A DNA stretch of 18,322 bases, from the UHGV virus genome UHGV-1290461; one strand, 5' to 3'. This document shows positions 1 to 8,781 of the stretch, piece after piece. The notes below the pieces were generated by a model. That model was given only the letters and a program-made list of their open reading frames with translations. It was not told the DNA's origin and did not search any database. This DNA is from a virus. A program made the position numbers and the translations under genes. Numbering within the stretch: the stretch's first letter is position 1; each line of letters begins with the position of its first letter.

Positions 1-940
1 CGAGAACATGGCGCGGAAGGTGGATAATCAGCAACTCATGAGCATCAAATCGCAGCGATTCCATCACACCATCAGCCAGTTCATCAGCAGTGTAGGAGCG
101 GAGGATTTTCTCAATGCTCGCGCTGGCGATTGGTGACACCTGACCGGAACCGATGATGTACACAGACGGCGCACCTGTTGCCGGATTGCTGATGAACGCA
201 TAAGAATCAGCAAACGGCGTTTTGCAGTAAGTCCCGGCAATGCCTTTCTGCACCATCAGCGATGGCTGTGCGACATACAAAGCAGCACCAACAGTGGTTG
301 CACCAGTCAGGGAGAAATATTCAATCGTCGACGAGCCAAAGCAGACGATGAAGTCTCGCCATGTACCTATGCCGATGATTCCGTCAGGCTGAGACTCGGC
401 ACGATATTGTGCACTGTAGCGGTCAGGATGCGATTCGTCTTCAAGGTCAGTGATAAACCATGAATCAGTGCCGTCTTTTGACCACGCATAACGCCCACGT
501 AAGCGCGTAATGTCGCGTACTGAGCCTAACTCATACTGCGTGAATCCGCTGTCTGTAGGCCAGTTTGAGACGGTTTTAACCGTGCCATCATAGCGATACT
601 CGACCAGTTGACCATTAACGCCTACCGCCTGTGATGTTCTACCATGCGCCATTGATACGCGACCACTTCCGGCGACATCACCGACCTCACTTTCGCCCTT
701 ATACAGTTTGCCACCACACACGCGATAAACAGCATTCTGCGCCATGTTGTACTCGACGCCCCGCGATACGCCGTTCACATCAGAACGTTTGGCAATGCCA
801 GGGAATGAGCGAAGATATCCGCTGCTGTTGAGTATTTCTTTGGGCGTAGCCAGCATATTCACTGGCAGATAGTCGATATAGTCGGCGTTTCGAAAGTCTT
901 TGCCGACACCTTTCATAAGCGGAAGTTGCTGAATCGGCAT
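1..940 (-). CDS. Tail accessory factor, P22 gp10-like; N-terminal ~313 codons, 3' end lies beyond the window start
   Basis: ATG at 940 (minus). Hand translation gives MPIQQLPLMKGVGKDFRNADYIDYLPVNMLATPKEILNSSGYLRSF..., open to position 1. N-terminus resembles P22 gp10 as recalled. Sits directly downstream of the gp4-like gene, as in P22 (5-4-10 order). Confidence 0.72.
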   Translation of the reverse strand, partial: MPIQQLPLMKGVGKDFRNADYIDYLPVNMLATPKEILNSSGYLRSFPGIAKRSDVNGVSRGVEYNMAQNAVYRVCGGKLYKGESEVGDVAGSGRVSMAHGRTSQAVGVNGQLVEYRYDGTVKTVSNWPTDSGFTQYELGSVRDITRLRGRYAWSKDGTDSWFITDLEDESHPDRYSAQYRAESQPDGIIGIGTWRDFIVCFGSSTIEYFSLTGATTVGAALYVAQPSLMVQKGIAGTYCKTPFADSYAFISNPATGAPSVYIIGSGQVSPIASASIEKILRSYTADELADGVMESLRFDAHELLIIHLPRHVL

Positions 941-949
941 TTATTCACC

Positions 950-1411
950 TCACGTACTCGGATCATCTTTCTCGATGTAAAACCGATTCCACGTAAACGC
1001 GCTTTTTAACCCCGCCCCGCGAGGCATGTCATTTCGTCGCTCAAGTGGTGGTATTTTGGTTAAAGCGATACAGATTGTTTGATATGCACTGTCAGCAGCG
1101 GTAAGGAGAGCGTCTGACGGCTGAATGACGTTATCCATGCACACTTGCACAGCGAGTTTCAAGGCGACGCCATCATTTGCCCATGCAGGGATACCTGAAT
1201 CATCGTCAGGTAACGGCATGATGCCGTTTTCTGTATCAGCAAACTGATATCCAAGCTCGATACCTTTAGCCTGCCATGCTGCCATCATGTCTTCGAGGTC
1301 ATTAATGGCATCTTCAATTGCCTGAGGGTCAGCATCTGTCAACGTGGCATTGGAATACAGCCCGGCTTTTCGTAAAGCCTTAAGAACGAGATCACCCTTC
1401 GTTTTCGCCAT
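950..1411 (-). CDS. Head completion / tail accessory factor, P22 gp4-like
   Basis: 153 aa ORF. N-terminus MAKTKGDLVLKALRKAGLYSNATLTDADPQAIEDAINDLEDMMAAWQ matches the recalled P22 gp4 pattern (KTKGDLV..ALRK.G..SDATLTDV.PQ...DA.DDLE.MMA.W). Located after coat. Confidence 0.75.
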   Translation of the reverse strand: MAKTKGDLVLKALRKAGLYSNATLTDADPQAIEDAINDLEDMMAAWQAKGIELGYQFADTENGIMPLPDDDSGIPAWANDGVALKLAVQVCMDNVIQPSDALLTAADSAYQTICIALTKIPPLERRNDMPRGAGLKSAFTWNRFYIEKDDPST

Positions 1412-1580
1412 CTTCTTCCGCCTTAGCCACTTTATGCTTCGTTGCGGTTTCTTCAGGAGTTTTTACCCAGCCTTTTTTCAGGTGAGATTTAACTTCTTCG
1501 TCATCAACAATGATGTAATCGACAGCAAACTGACCACAGGTGATCATGTTGCCCGGCTTATAGAGCATTGTTCGTGCCAT
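1392..1580 (-). CDS. Hypothetical small protein between coat and gp4-like gene (62 aa, acidic C-terminus)
   Basis: ORF-track ORF 1392..1619 trimmed to the internal ATG at 1580 (MARTMLYKPG...), which is preceded by GGGAGAAG. The upstream part of the ORF overlaps a terminator hairpin. Overlaps the gp4-like start by 20 nt. Confidence 0.4.
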   Translation of the reverse strand: MARTMLYKPGNMITCGQFAVDYIIVDDEEVKSHLKKGWVKTPEETATKHKVAKAEEDGENEG

Positions 1581-1590
1581 TGTCTTCTCC

Positions 1591-1614
1591 CAATAAAAAT
1601 GGGGCCGAAGCCCC
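1591..1614 (-). terminator. Putative rho-independent terminator just downstream of the coat gene
   Basis: Minus-strand RNA GGGGC-UUCG-GCCCC (GC stem, tetraloop) followed by AUUUUUAUU, 8 nt after the coat stop codon. Confidence 0.5.
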
Positions 1615-1621
1615 ACCAAAA

Positions 1622-2875
1622 TTACTGCCCGGCAATAACGATGCCCGTATATTCAGGAACAAGTACAGAGCAACCGTACAGAGTGGTGAAACGAGCAGTG
1701 GTTACGCCTTTGATGTGGTCGAAGGCATAAGACATGATCAGCGTAGCGCCCTGCTCGGTGGTTGCTGTCATTACCTGTGGCCCCTGCCCAGTCGGGAACG
1801 CCAGTTTGCCGTACATCAGTTCAACAGAACCATCAGCCCAGAACAGGTTAGCCGGTGCGGCATTTTTGTTGAGAATGGTGATTGCTGCTGATGCTGCCGG
1901 CTTGGCATCGACGTTTGCATATGGACGACTCGCAACATCGGCATTTTCAACAGGGAGAATCTTTGGAGAGATTGTTACGGTAGTTCCGCTAACAGCCAGA
2001 ACACGGAATACCTGCGGTTGCCCGGTGGTATCTTTTGTGATCTGGTGTACGGAATTCACACCGGCAATGGTGAACGCATCACCAACCTGCAAGCCAGATG
2101 CAGATACCGTAATAGTCCCCTGTCGGTTATCAACTGGCATACCATTTGAATCTTTCGCTTCAACCTTGTGTTCAGGTTGGCCTGATACTGTCAAGGATTC
2201 AGCGCTTCCTTTCGGTAATCGACCAGAAATATCGGTCTTGTAGCTATCAAAGGAAGCAACCGGAGGGATCTGCGCTTTTTCGTATGCTGTCAGGGTTGCG
2301 CCCTGAGCATAGGCACGGTGACCAAGCTCGCCAGCAAGGTCTTTGTAGTTGAATGGGTTCCAGAAAGAGCGGCGGTTGATACCCTGTGGTACACCAATCG
2401 CCGTCATGGTGGCATCAATACCTGCCGCACAGTTCCACAAATCACGGCCCTGTGAACCAGTGGTTGAGTCAGACATTGTGATCACGTTAGTAGCACGCTG
2501 CGTAACCATGGAAATCAGGTCAGAGTCAATCTGTGCAGCAAGGCGCATACCTGCGGCGCGACCAGCTTCAGTTTTATGTTCCGGGTCACGCATTTCACGC
2601 GCATCCAGAGTGTACAGAATGTTTTTCGGCTCCTTGAACACTGAAGGAACAAGGCGCTGAACCAGTGCTGTTGGCGTTTTGCCGCTGAGATCGAGGCCTT
2701 CCTCAATGTTCATGTGGTAATGCTGCGGACGATACAGAACATCACCTGCTCGCTGCATTGCTGTATCACCGGGACGGAATTTTTTAGCGTTACGGGAAAC
2801 TACGCAGGCGGCCTCAAAGCCTTCAACGTAGTTTTCGAACATGATTTCAAGGTCTTTTGCTAATTGGTTAGCCAT
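1622..2875 (-). CDS. Major capsid (coat) protein, P22/Sf6 gp5-like
   Basis: 417 aa, the size of P22-like coat proteins. Follows the scaffold gene. GGAG Shine-Dalgarno upstream of the ATG at 2875. Conserved stretches (AKK..P...MQR near the N-terminus, FWAD near the C-terminus) recalled from P22 coat. Confidence 0.82.
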   Translation of the reverse strand: MANQLAKDLEIMFENYVEGFEAACVVSRNAKKFRPGDTAMQRAGDVLYRPQHYHMNIEEGLDLSGKTPTALVQRLVPSVFKEPKNILYTLDAREMRDPEHKTEAGRAAGMRLAAQIDSDLISMVTQRATNVITMSDSTTGSQGRDLWNCAAGIDATMTAIGVPQGINRRSFWNPFNYKDLAGELGHRAYAQGATLTAYEKAQIPPVASFDSYKTDISGRLPKGSAESLTVSGQPEHKVEAKDSNGMPVDNRQGTITVSASGLQVGDAFTIAGVNSVHQITKDTTGQPQVFRVLAVSGTTVTISPKILPVENADVASRPYANVDAKPAASAAITILNKNAAPANLFWADGSVELMYGKLAFPTGQGPQVMTATTEQGATLIMSYAFDHIKGVTTARFTTLYGCSVLVPEYTGIVIAGQ

Positions 2876-2893
2876 GCTTAATGCTCCGATAGG

Positions 2894-3787
2894 TTATATT
2901 TTTGCCTTTTTAGCGGCGAAATACGGCGTCCAGTCACCAGTTTCCAGCGCCTTGGCTTTCAGTTTGTCGAGGTTATTGATTACTGCGCCGTTGCTCCCCT
3001 TAACTGTCGGGGTTGTGGCTGCCGTGGTTTTTGCTTTTGGCATGATTCTGGCCTTCGATTCGATACGTTCCAGCAGACGACCAATTGCTACGGGGTTGGT
3101 AGCTTCTGCCAGTTGCTTGCGCAGTTCAGCGTTGCGACCAAGCGCCAGAACAACGATTTCCGGCTTCTCTGACTCAAACAGGATCGCGTTTTGTGTCTCG
3201 ATGGGGATTTCCTCGAGTACGGCCTGTTCTGCTTCCTGATAGCCAGGAACCTTGAGAGCCTTAACACGTTGCTGATATTTGGATAATCGCTCTTGATAAG
3301 CAGCCTGAAGCTCCTGCTCCTTCTGCTTGCGAGCTATCTCCTGTTGCTGGTACTTTCCGTTATCCTCTGCCCACTTAGCCATGCGTTGCTGATAGATTTC
3401 TTCATCGAAACCGATGTCCTCATCATCCAGTTTTGGCATTCGCGGTGGTTGAGTGATTACCGGCTGCTGCTCGACGGGTTTCTGAGACTGACGCATCAGC
3501 TCTTTCAGCTCGCGATCTTTCTCTTTAATCGTCTTGCGCAGGTGTTTTACCAGTCCATGCTCTGCGCTATCTTCGCTGGTTGGCGAATCCAGCTTTTCGT
3601 CACCAAAGTAGAATTCCTGTTCTGATTCGTCGTCATCAGTTTCAGTAGCTTCCTCTGCATCATTGCCAGAGGACTCACTGCCATCTTCTGTTTCGACTTC
3701 TTCAGCCAGTTCGACATCATCAGGAATCTGCTCTGACGCGTCGGTTTCGATTTCAACTTCTGGTGTGTTTTCTGCCATCTGGTCCAT
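2894..3787 (-). CDS. Scaffolding protein, P22 gp8-like
   Basis: 297 aa with a strongly acidic N-terminus (E/D-rich), a charged coiled-coil-like middle and a basic C-terminal helix-turn-helix-like tail (KLKAKALETGDWTPYFAAKKAKI). Lies between portal and coat, as in P22. Confidence 0.65.
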   Translation of the reverse strand: MDQMAENTPEVEIETDASEQIPDDVELAEEVETEDGSESSGNDAEEATETDDDESEQEFYFGDEKLDSPTSEDSAEHGLVKHLRKTIKEKDRELKELMRQSQKPVEQQPVITQPPRMPKLDDEDIGFDEEIYQQRMAKWAEDNGKYQQQEIARKQKEQELQAAYQERLSKYQQRVKALKVPGYQEAEQAVLEEIPIETQNAILFESEKPEIVVLALGRNAELRKQLAEATNPVAIGRLLERIESKARIMPKAKTTAATTPTVKGSNGAVINNLDKLKAKALETGDWTPYFAAKKAKI

Positions 3788-3877
3788 TTGTTACCCCTGT
3801 TTACTCGATGTTCAGCCCATCGGAAGGCAATAGGGTGCCAGGCCTCATAAAGACAGCCATTGCACGTTATGGGTTAA

Positions 3878-6076
3878 TTACTGCTGTGGTTGTTGCCGGG
3901 TTGATTTTTGCAGGATGCTGCTGATGTCCATGCGCTGCGCATGGCCCTGTGCCTGACTTTTCAGGACAAGCTCTGCATCAGCACGGGCATTGTCTCCTTG
4001 CTGTTGCTGGAACTGTCCGAGCAGTTTCAGAGCCTCGCGGATATCAGATTTCTGCTGGCTATCGGCAGATGCGAGGATTTTCACAACATTTGCCGCTGCA
4101 ACCTGAGCATCAGTCTGTGCCTGGAATGCTTTAACCTGAATGGCTGCCTGTTCGTTCTGCGCTTTCTGCAATTCAGCCTGACCAGCAAGAAGCTGACCTT
4201 GCGCAGCAACCATAGCCGGATCTGGCTGACTGGCCTGTTGTTGTTTCGCCTGCTCAACCATCTGCTGTTCTTCTGGCGTTCTCGGCTTGATAACTCCAGA
4301 CAGAAGCAACTGATTGCGGTTGTATTCTTTAAGGTCGTCCATCCCTTCGCCGTCCATATTGTCGAGAATCATCGACGATACAAGGTCGTGCTTCGGCGTT
4401 CCTGGTGGGATAAGTGCCAGCATGGAAAGTAACGACTTAACCGTTGCATCACGGCGAGTAGCGAACGACTGACCAACATCGACCGTCACTTCATAGTTGC
4501 CCTGCGAAAGGTCATTAAGCGCGATAACCTGCCCTGTCTGACGGTCAACCACTTCACCAGTCATCAGCGCCACGTCATCGCTGCCGTCCTCATTAACGAT
4601 ACGCATCGGCGTATCACTGCCATAGACTTCACGAGCCATAGAAAGCCACACGACGCCAGCACGGCGCATGGATTTAGCCATGTTGTCCATGTAGATATAG
4701 GACTGCGTGTCCATCCGGTTAAAGATGCTATCAACGGTATCGGTAGCGACGTTGCTCGGCATGTTCTCAAGCTGCGACGCACCTGTAATTTGCTGAATAG
4801 CCGTTCCGGTGTACTGCAATAGCCCGGCAAGAGCAGGAGGCATTTGTGTCGGAGGTGTCCAGCCAGCTACCTGAGCCTCTGAAATGACCGTTCCGTTTTT
4901 GTCCTTCTTGCTGGTCATGGGAAGAACTGCAGGTCTTTTCTTATTCCTCTCTGCCCAGTGATTCATTAATGGGCCGGGAATGAAATCAACATCCACGATA
5001 GGAATGCCATCACCGCCAGCCTGAGTAGCGTTATCTGCAATCATGGAAACCATCAGGTTCTCAAGACGCTGTGCATCCATCGCTTTTGCTGCGTGGCCTT
5101 CGATTCGCTCCTGATTATCAACAAATGAGCGACGCCCATATACCGGGATGAGAGGAATATGTTCACCCGGAATACGCTTCGGTTCTTCCAGCCATTCAGC
5201 GCCAGACAGAAGACCGCAATAAACTCTGCGTTTCTTCACTGTCCTCTCACCGATCAGCTCGAATGCACCATCGGTTAGCTCGTCAACAATATCTTTGATT
5301 TGCTCTTCATCATAGATTGCCGTTTCTCCGCTAACAGGGTTGCGCCACGCCGTGAGCTTCACCTTCTCTATGCGAACTTCGTAGTAGCGTCCAACATAGA
5401 TGGCATCGGGCGTTGACCAGTCATATTGAGTGCCAGTGTCATCACGAGAAAGGCTTGCCGCGGTGGAATCAGGGTATTCAGCCTCGAACGCTTTGGGCGT
5501 CATGGAGAACATTTCCATAGCCCACATAGCATCAGAGCGGTCATATTGCTTGCTGTCCTGATCGAAGAAGACGCATGTCGCCGGGTCGTAAACAGGAAGA
5601 AGGCTGATGCGTCGCTGCTCGTTACTTGGGTCCATTTCATCTTCGTAATCGGCACACATGCGGAAACAACCGAATCCGCCTGTTACAGCATCATCAAATG
5701 CGTTATCACACGCTTCGCCACCGGATGTTTCCTGATAGTCAGCGCGGAATTTGCCGTTCATCTTTTCGGCTAACGCTTCCGATGCCTTGTCATCCTTCGG
5801 CCTGAATTTAACGCTGATGCGATTCTGTCGATACTCGCCAATGATGCGATCACATTCACGGGCAATCTTATTCAGTTCAAAACGCGGGTAATGCTCAAAC
5901 CTGCCCTCATCAAACGAGTAACCAGCGTTTGTGCTACCTTCCCACTGTGCGCCGGACACCCTGACGAAACGTTGAGCCTCAATAATCTGCTCACGCATAT
6001 CCTGCGTTGCTGACCAGGCATTATCAAAGTTGCACAGCACCTTGCGATGCCAGTCAGCCATCTTTTTTTCTGCCAT
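3878..6076 (-). CDS. Portal protein, P22-like, with long Q/A-rich C-terminal helical extension
   Basis: 732 aa, located immediately after TerL with start and stop nearly abutting (TGAtATG). C-terminal ~130 aa is Q/A-rich and predicted helical, like the P22 portal barrel. Confidence 0.88.
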   Translation of the reverse strand: MAEKKMADWHRKVLCNFDNAWSATQDMREQIIEAQRFVRVSGAQWEGSTNAGYSFDEGRFEHYPRFELNKIARECDRIIGEYRQNRISVKFRPKDDKASEALAEKMNGKFRADYQETSGGEACDNAFDDAVTGGFGCFRMCADYEDEMDPSNEQRRISLLPVYDPATCVFFDQDSKQYDRSDAMWAMEMFSMTPKAFEAEYPDSTAASLSRDDTGTQYDWSTPDAIYVGRYYEVRIEKVKLTAWRNPVSGETAIYDEEQIKDIVDELTDGAFELIGERTVKKRRVYCGLLSGAEWLEEPKRIPGEHIPLIPVYGRRSFVDNQERIEGHAAKAMDAQRLENLMVSMIADNATQAGGDGIPIVDVDFIPGPLMNHWAERNKKRPAVLPMTSKKDKNGTVISEAQVAGWTPPTQMPPALAGLLQYTGTAIQQITGASQLENMPSNVATDTVDSIFNRMDTQSYIYMDNMAKSMRRAGVVWLSMAREVYGSDTPMRIVNEDGSDDVALMTGEVVDRQTGQVIALNDLSQGNYEVTVDVGQSFATRRDATVKSLLSMLALIPPGTPKHDLVSSMILDNMDGEGMDDLKEYNRNQLLLSGVIKPRTPEEQQMVEQAKQQQASQPDPAMVAAQGQLLAGQAELQKAQNEQAAIQVKAFQAQTDAQVAAANVVKILASADSQQKSDIREALKLLGQFQQQQGDNARADAELVLKSQAQGHAQRMDISSILQKSTRQQPQQ

Positions 6077-6077
6077 A

Positions 6078-7493
6078 TCAACCTACACCACAAGGAATTG
6101 AGTAACTGGAATAGTCGGGTTGCGCAGCCGACTCCGGGCAATGCATACACATCATCAGCGCATCAGCCAGGTTAGGAGATGGAATACCGAGCTTCTGCTT
6201 CATTTCGACCTTAGTCATTAGCTCCAGCTTCCCGTTGTTATTGAATTTGCGCTGAATCTGCGTCAGTTCTGCAAACAGCTTCTCCAGCATCTTCTCGCCT
6301 ATCGCTTCTTTGTCGAAACTCAGCATGTCGTCTGGGTCTGCATACTCACCGTGAACAACCGCCCGATATGTCAGATACAGCCTGTCAGCCAGCGCGTAAT
6401 AGAATTGCGCTCGCTTATTGCGGAATACATCGCCAATAGTGCGAACATTGTCGCCCTGTACGACTTCATCAGCCCATGCTCCGGCCTGATAAGGCGCATC
6501 TTCATCGAATGGCGATTCGCTGCCCTTGAACATCGTGGCGGTGATTTTCTTGCCGGAGAACGCTTCCGTTGTCTGTCTGCGTAGCCCGGCACCAACACCA
6601 TCACCATCCCACAGGTAATGGTCAGCGCCGTCTTCAATTGCCAGCGAAGTAGCCCAGTCAGCACCCTCGTTGATGTCCATCAACAGACCTTCGGCAATGC
6701 GCTTAACTACCGAACCGTGACGCGATGCATAACCTTTAGCATCTGGCCCTGTATCTGATGGGTCATGCGCAGAGACAACAGCGCCTTTCGCTTTCCATCC
6801 GAGTTTCTTGTGCGCATCGGTTGCGGCTTCAAGCCATTCACGTTTGATGATTGCCATATCACTTGCGCTTACTGGCTCACCAAGCCAGATATGACGATAC
6901 AGTGTCGGATTTCTGCGTTTACACTCTTCCATCTCCAGACGGAGAACTTCAGGAAAGTGCGGGTTGTCGGTGTAGTTCACCGTCAGCAGACAAATATCAT
7001 CGGGAGGATTTACAACGAATCGCTGATAGGTATCGTCGAGGATGTTCTTCGGGTTAAAGCTCACCCATATTTCAGAGAACGGCTTACGGATGGTTGGGAT
7101 CAGGATATCCCATGATTCCTTCGTTACCGCTTCCGCTTCTTCCACCCAGCAGATATCAATGCCTTCGAGTGATTTAATCTTCGTCGGGTTGTTTTTGATG
7201 CCGTAGAACATGAACTCAGCATTCGTTCCGAGATGACGAATCATGGAACGCTGAATTTCAAACTCAGCCGAATACCCTTCACGCTCTATGGTGTCTTCAA
7301 GCAACCGGATTACCGAATCGCTGATACTGTTTTGCAGTTCACGAGCGCAGAGAATACGCACTGGCTGCCGACGCGCCGCTTCAACAAGCAGCCTCGCAAT
7401 TGCCCATGACTTACCGCTACCTCGACCGCCTTTGGCGACTTTGTAGCGATGCGCCTCAATGAACGGTTCAAAGATAGGATTAATCGAGGTCAT
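6078..7493 (-). CDS. Terminase large subunit, P22/Sf6 gp2-like
   Basis: 471 aa. Walker A motif KGGRGSGKS near the N-terminus. Start overlaps the TerS stop (ATGA). Size and position match Sf6-type TerL. Confidence 0.92.
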   Translation of the reverse strand: MTSINPIFEPFIEAHRYKVAKGGRGSGKSWAIARLLVEAARRQPVRILCARELQNSISDSVIRLLEDTIEREGYSAEFEIQRSMIRHLGTNAEFMFYGIKNNPTKIKSLEGIDICWVEEAEAVTKESWDILIPTIRKPFSEIWVSFNPKNILDDTYQRFVVNPPDDICLLTVNYTDNPHFPEVLRLEMEECKRRNPTLYRHIWLGEPVSASDMAIIKREWLEAATDAHKKLGWKAKGAVVSAHDPSDTGPDAKGYASRHGSVVKRIAEGLLMDINEGADWATSLAIEDGADHYLWDGDGVGAGLRRQTTEAFSGKKITATMFKGSESPFDEDAPYQAGAWADEVVQGDNVRTIGDVFRNKRAQFYYALADRLYLTYRAVVHGEYADPDDMLSFDKEAIGEKMLEKLFAELTQIQRKFNNNGKLELMTKVEMKQKLGIPSPNLADALMMCMHCPESAAQPDYSSYSIPCGVG

Positions 7494-7930
7494 TTTCCGA
7501 ATAGAGTGCTCATCGGTGATGTTTCAATCTGGATTGCGCCGCCGTCTTTGCCTGTTAGCTCGTGATCAACCTTGTCGCGCCATTTATCCTTCTGTCGGTT
7601 CTTAAGCCAGAAGATGGCGGCGGTTGTATCAGGCGGGTAATACTTCTCAAGCGGAGTTTCGACAATTCTGTTTTCAATAACACGAATATCGATGTCTGGA
7701 GCCACGAAGCCCATAGCGCGTTGATAAAGACGGTCACTAACTTCTGCATCAGCGACGGCCTTACCCTTTTTTATGGACTCCGAAAACTTAGGATAATCAA
7801 GCTTCCACTTGTTAATAGTTGACTCACTGACTTCAAAGAAATCAGCAAGTTCTGCGTCTGTATAGCCCAGCAAGCACAGTTTGCGTGCCTGTTCGGCATA
7901 CGCCTCTTGATACTTTGTTGGGCGCGCCAT
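7490..7930 (-). CDS. Terminase small subunit
   Basis: 146 aa immediately upstream of and overlapping TerL. N-terminal helix-turn-helix-like segment (TDAELADFFEVSESTINKW). GGAGC Shine-Dalgarno upstream. Confidence 0.8.
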   Translation of the reverse strand: MARPTKYQEAYAEQARKLCLLGYTDAELADFFEVSESTINKWKLDYPKFSESIKKGKAVADAEVSDRLYQRAMGFVAPDIDIRVIENRIVETPLEKYYPPDTTAAIFWLKNRQKDKWRDKVDHELTGKDGGAIQIETSPMSTLFGK

Positions 7931-7932
7931 GT

Positions 7933-8175
7933 TTATGCTCCGGTAGTGAACAGGTCTAACGCTTCCTTCGATTTACGCACCGCTTCAAATGTACGGATCG
8001 TGATATCCGAATTAGCGCCGCCTGACTGGAAGTGAATTTTGAATAGCTCAAGCTTCAGCTCGTCAGTGCCAATGAATTGAAATGCTTCTTCTGCGGCTGC
8101 GTTCTGGTTCATTACCAGTTTGTAAATCTCTAGCTGGAATTTCTGTTCTTCAGTCATGGGAATAATCTCTGCCAT
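7933..8175 (-). CDS. Hypothetical 80 aa protein upstream of terminase small subunit
   Basis: ATG at 8175 preceded by GGAG at about 7 nt. Stop lies 2 nt before the TerS start. Not recognised as any family. Confidence 0.45.
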   Translation of the reverse strand: MAEIIPMTEEQKFQLEIYKLVMNQNAAAEEAFQFIGTDELKLELFKIHFQSGGANSDITIRTFEAVRKSKEALDLFTTGA

Positions 8176-8342
8176 TATTGGCTCCGTTTATCCGTTAAAA
8201 GGGATATCAGTTAAGTTATCCCGTGTAGGGTATAAGCCATTGTCGAGACCACTCATTGAATGGCCTCTGCAATAACCGATGTCTTTCCATCAGTCCGCCA
8301 CCACAAAGAATCTTTTTTGCCATAAGGCTGGAGGTTCATCTT

Positions 8343-8549
8343 TCAGTGGCTGCCAGTGTTATTTCCCCACTTACTGGCTTGGGTTGCTTCGTGGTACTGC
8401 CGTAACTGGTTGCCAAGAATAAATTCTGGTTTCATTATCAAGCCCACCCGTAGATAGGCTTTGTAATGGCTACAGTAACGGACTGCACAATGCGCCTGTA
8501 TTTCGAGGATGACGTCCAAATACGTTAATCTTCTCGCGAACGCTCTCAC
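8343..8549 (-). other. Overlapping ORF in a different frame (68 aa from a GTG; only ATG gives 30 aa); possible frameshifted 3' part of the upstream gene or non-coding
   Basis: Overlaps the 91 aa ORF by 80 nt in another frame. No convincing ribosome-binding site. First ATG at 8435. Confidence 0.15.
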
Positions 8550-8745
8550 TACACATTCGCTCTACAATTCGCCAAACAGCCTTTTCAGGTAAAAATTTCG
8601 GCGCTAGTGCTGAAATAGCACGCCACAGACCCCGACTAAGCGAGCATGCTGTGCTACCGAAACTAAAGATGGCGAACGAAATAGACGTGATAAACGCCCA
8701 GCAACCAGAGAGAAAAGTTGAGATGCGGTGATAAAGCTTAGTCAT
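8470..8745 (-). CDS. Hypothetical 91 aa protein with N-terminal hydrophobic segment, downstream of Rz/Rz1
   Basis: ATG at 8745 preceded by AGGAG at 6 nt. Residues 10-30 (TFLSGCWAFITSISFAIFSFG) are hydrophobic and could span a membrane. No family recognised. Confidence 0.4.
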   Translation of the reverse strand: MTKLYHRISTFLSGCWAFITSISFAIFSFGSTACSLSRGLWRAISALAPKFLPEKAVWRIVERMCSESVREKINVFGRHPRNTGALCSPLL

Positions 8746-8781
8746 GTATTGCTCCTGTTTTTTTTGGTTTTCATCGCCCGA

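Noticed and set aside
631-831. Plus-strand 66 aa ORF (His/Arg-rich)
   Set aside because: It lies antisense inside the gp10-like gene, has no ribosome-binding site and has low-complexity composition; it is a by-product of the minus-strand coding frame.
1344-2660. Several plus-strand ORFs (128, 107, 169, 68 and 103 aa) overlapping the coat and gp4 region
   Set aside because: All are antisense to well-supported structural genes, lack ribosome-binding sites and have Cys/Arg/Ser-rich compositions typical of shadow ORFs.
2841-3625. Plus-strand ORFs (132 and 110 aa, Leu-rich) antisense to the scaffold gene
   Set aside because: The Leu-rich repeats are the reverse complement of the Glu/Gln codon runs of the scaffold gene; no independent support.
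3908-5773. Plus-strand ORFs (174, 61 and 115 aa) and minus-strand 88 aa ORF inside the portal gene
   Set aside because: They are antisense or out-of-frame overlaps within the portal coding sequence; no start signals.
6351-7115. ORFs overlapping the terminase large subunit on both strands (77, 97, 116 and 68 aa)
   Set aside because: They are embedded in a gene with clear Walker A and strong identity signals; considered spurious.
7555-7822. ORFs of 64 aa (minus) and 86 aa (plus) inside the small terminase gene
   Set aside because: Overlap the TerS frame; no ribosome-binding sites.
8176-8781. Bor-like lipoprotein gene on the plus strand downstream of Rz (expected by analogy with lambda)
   Set aside because: Plus-strand translation in all frames gives only ORFs of up to about 46 aa, with no signal peptide or lipobox; no Bor-like sequence found.
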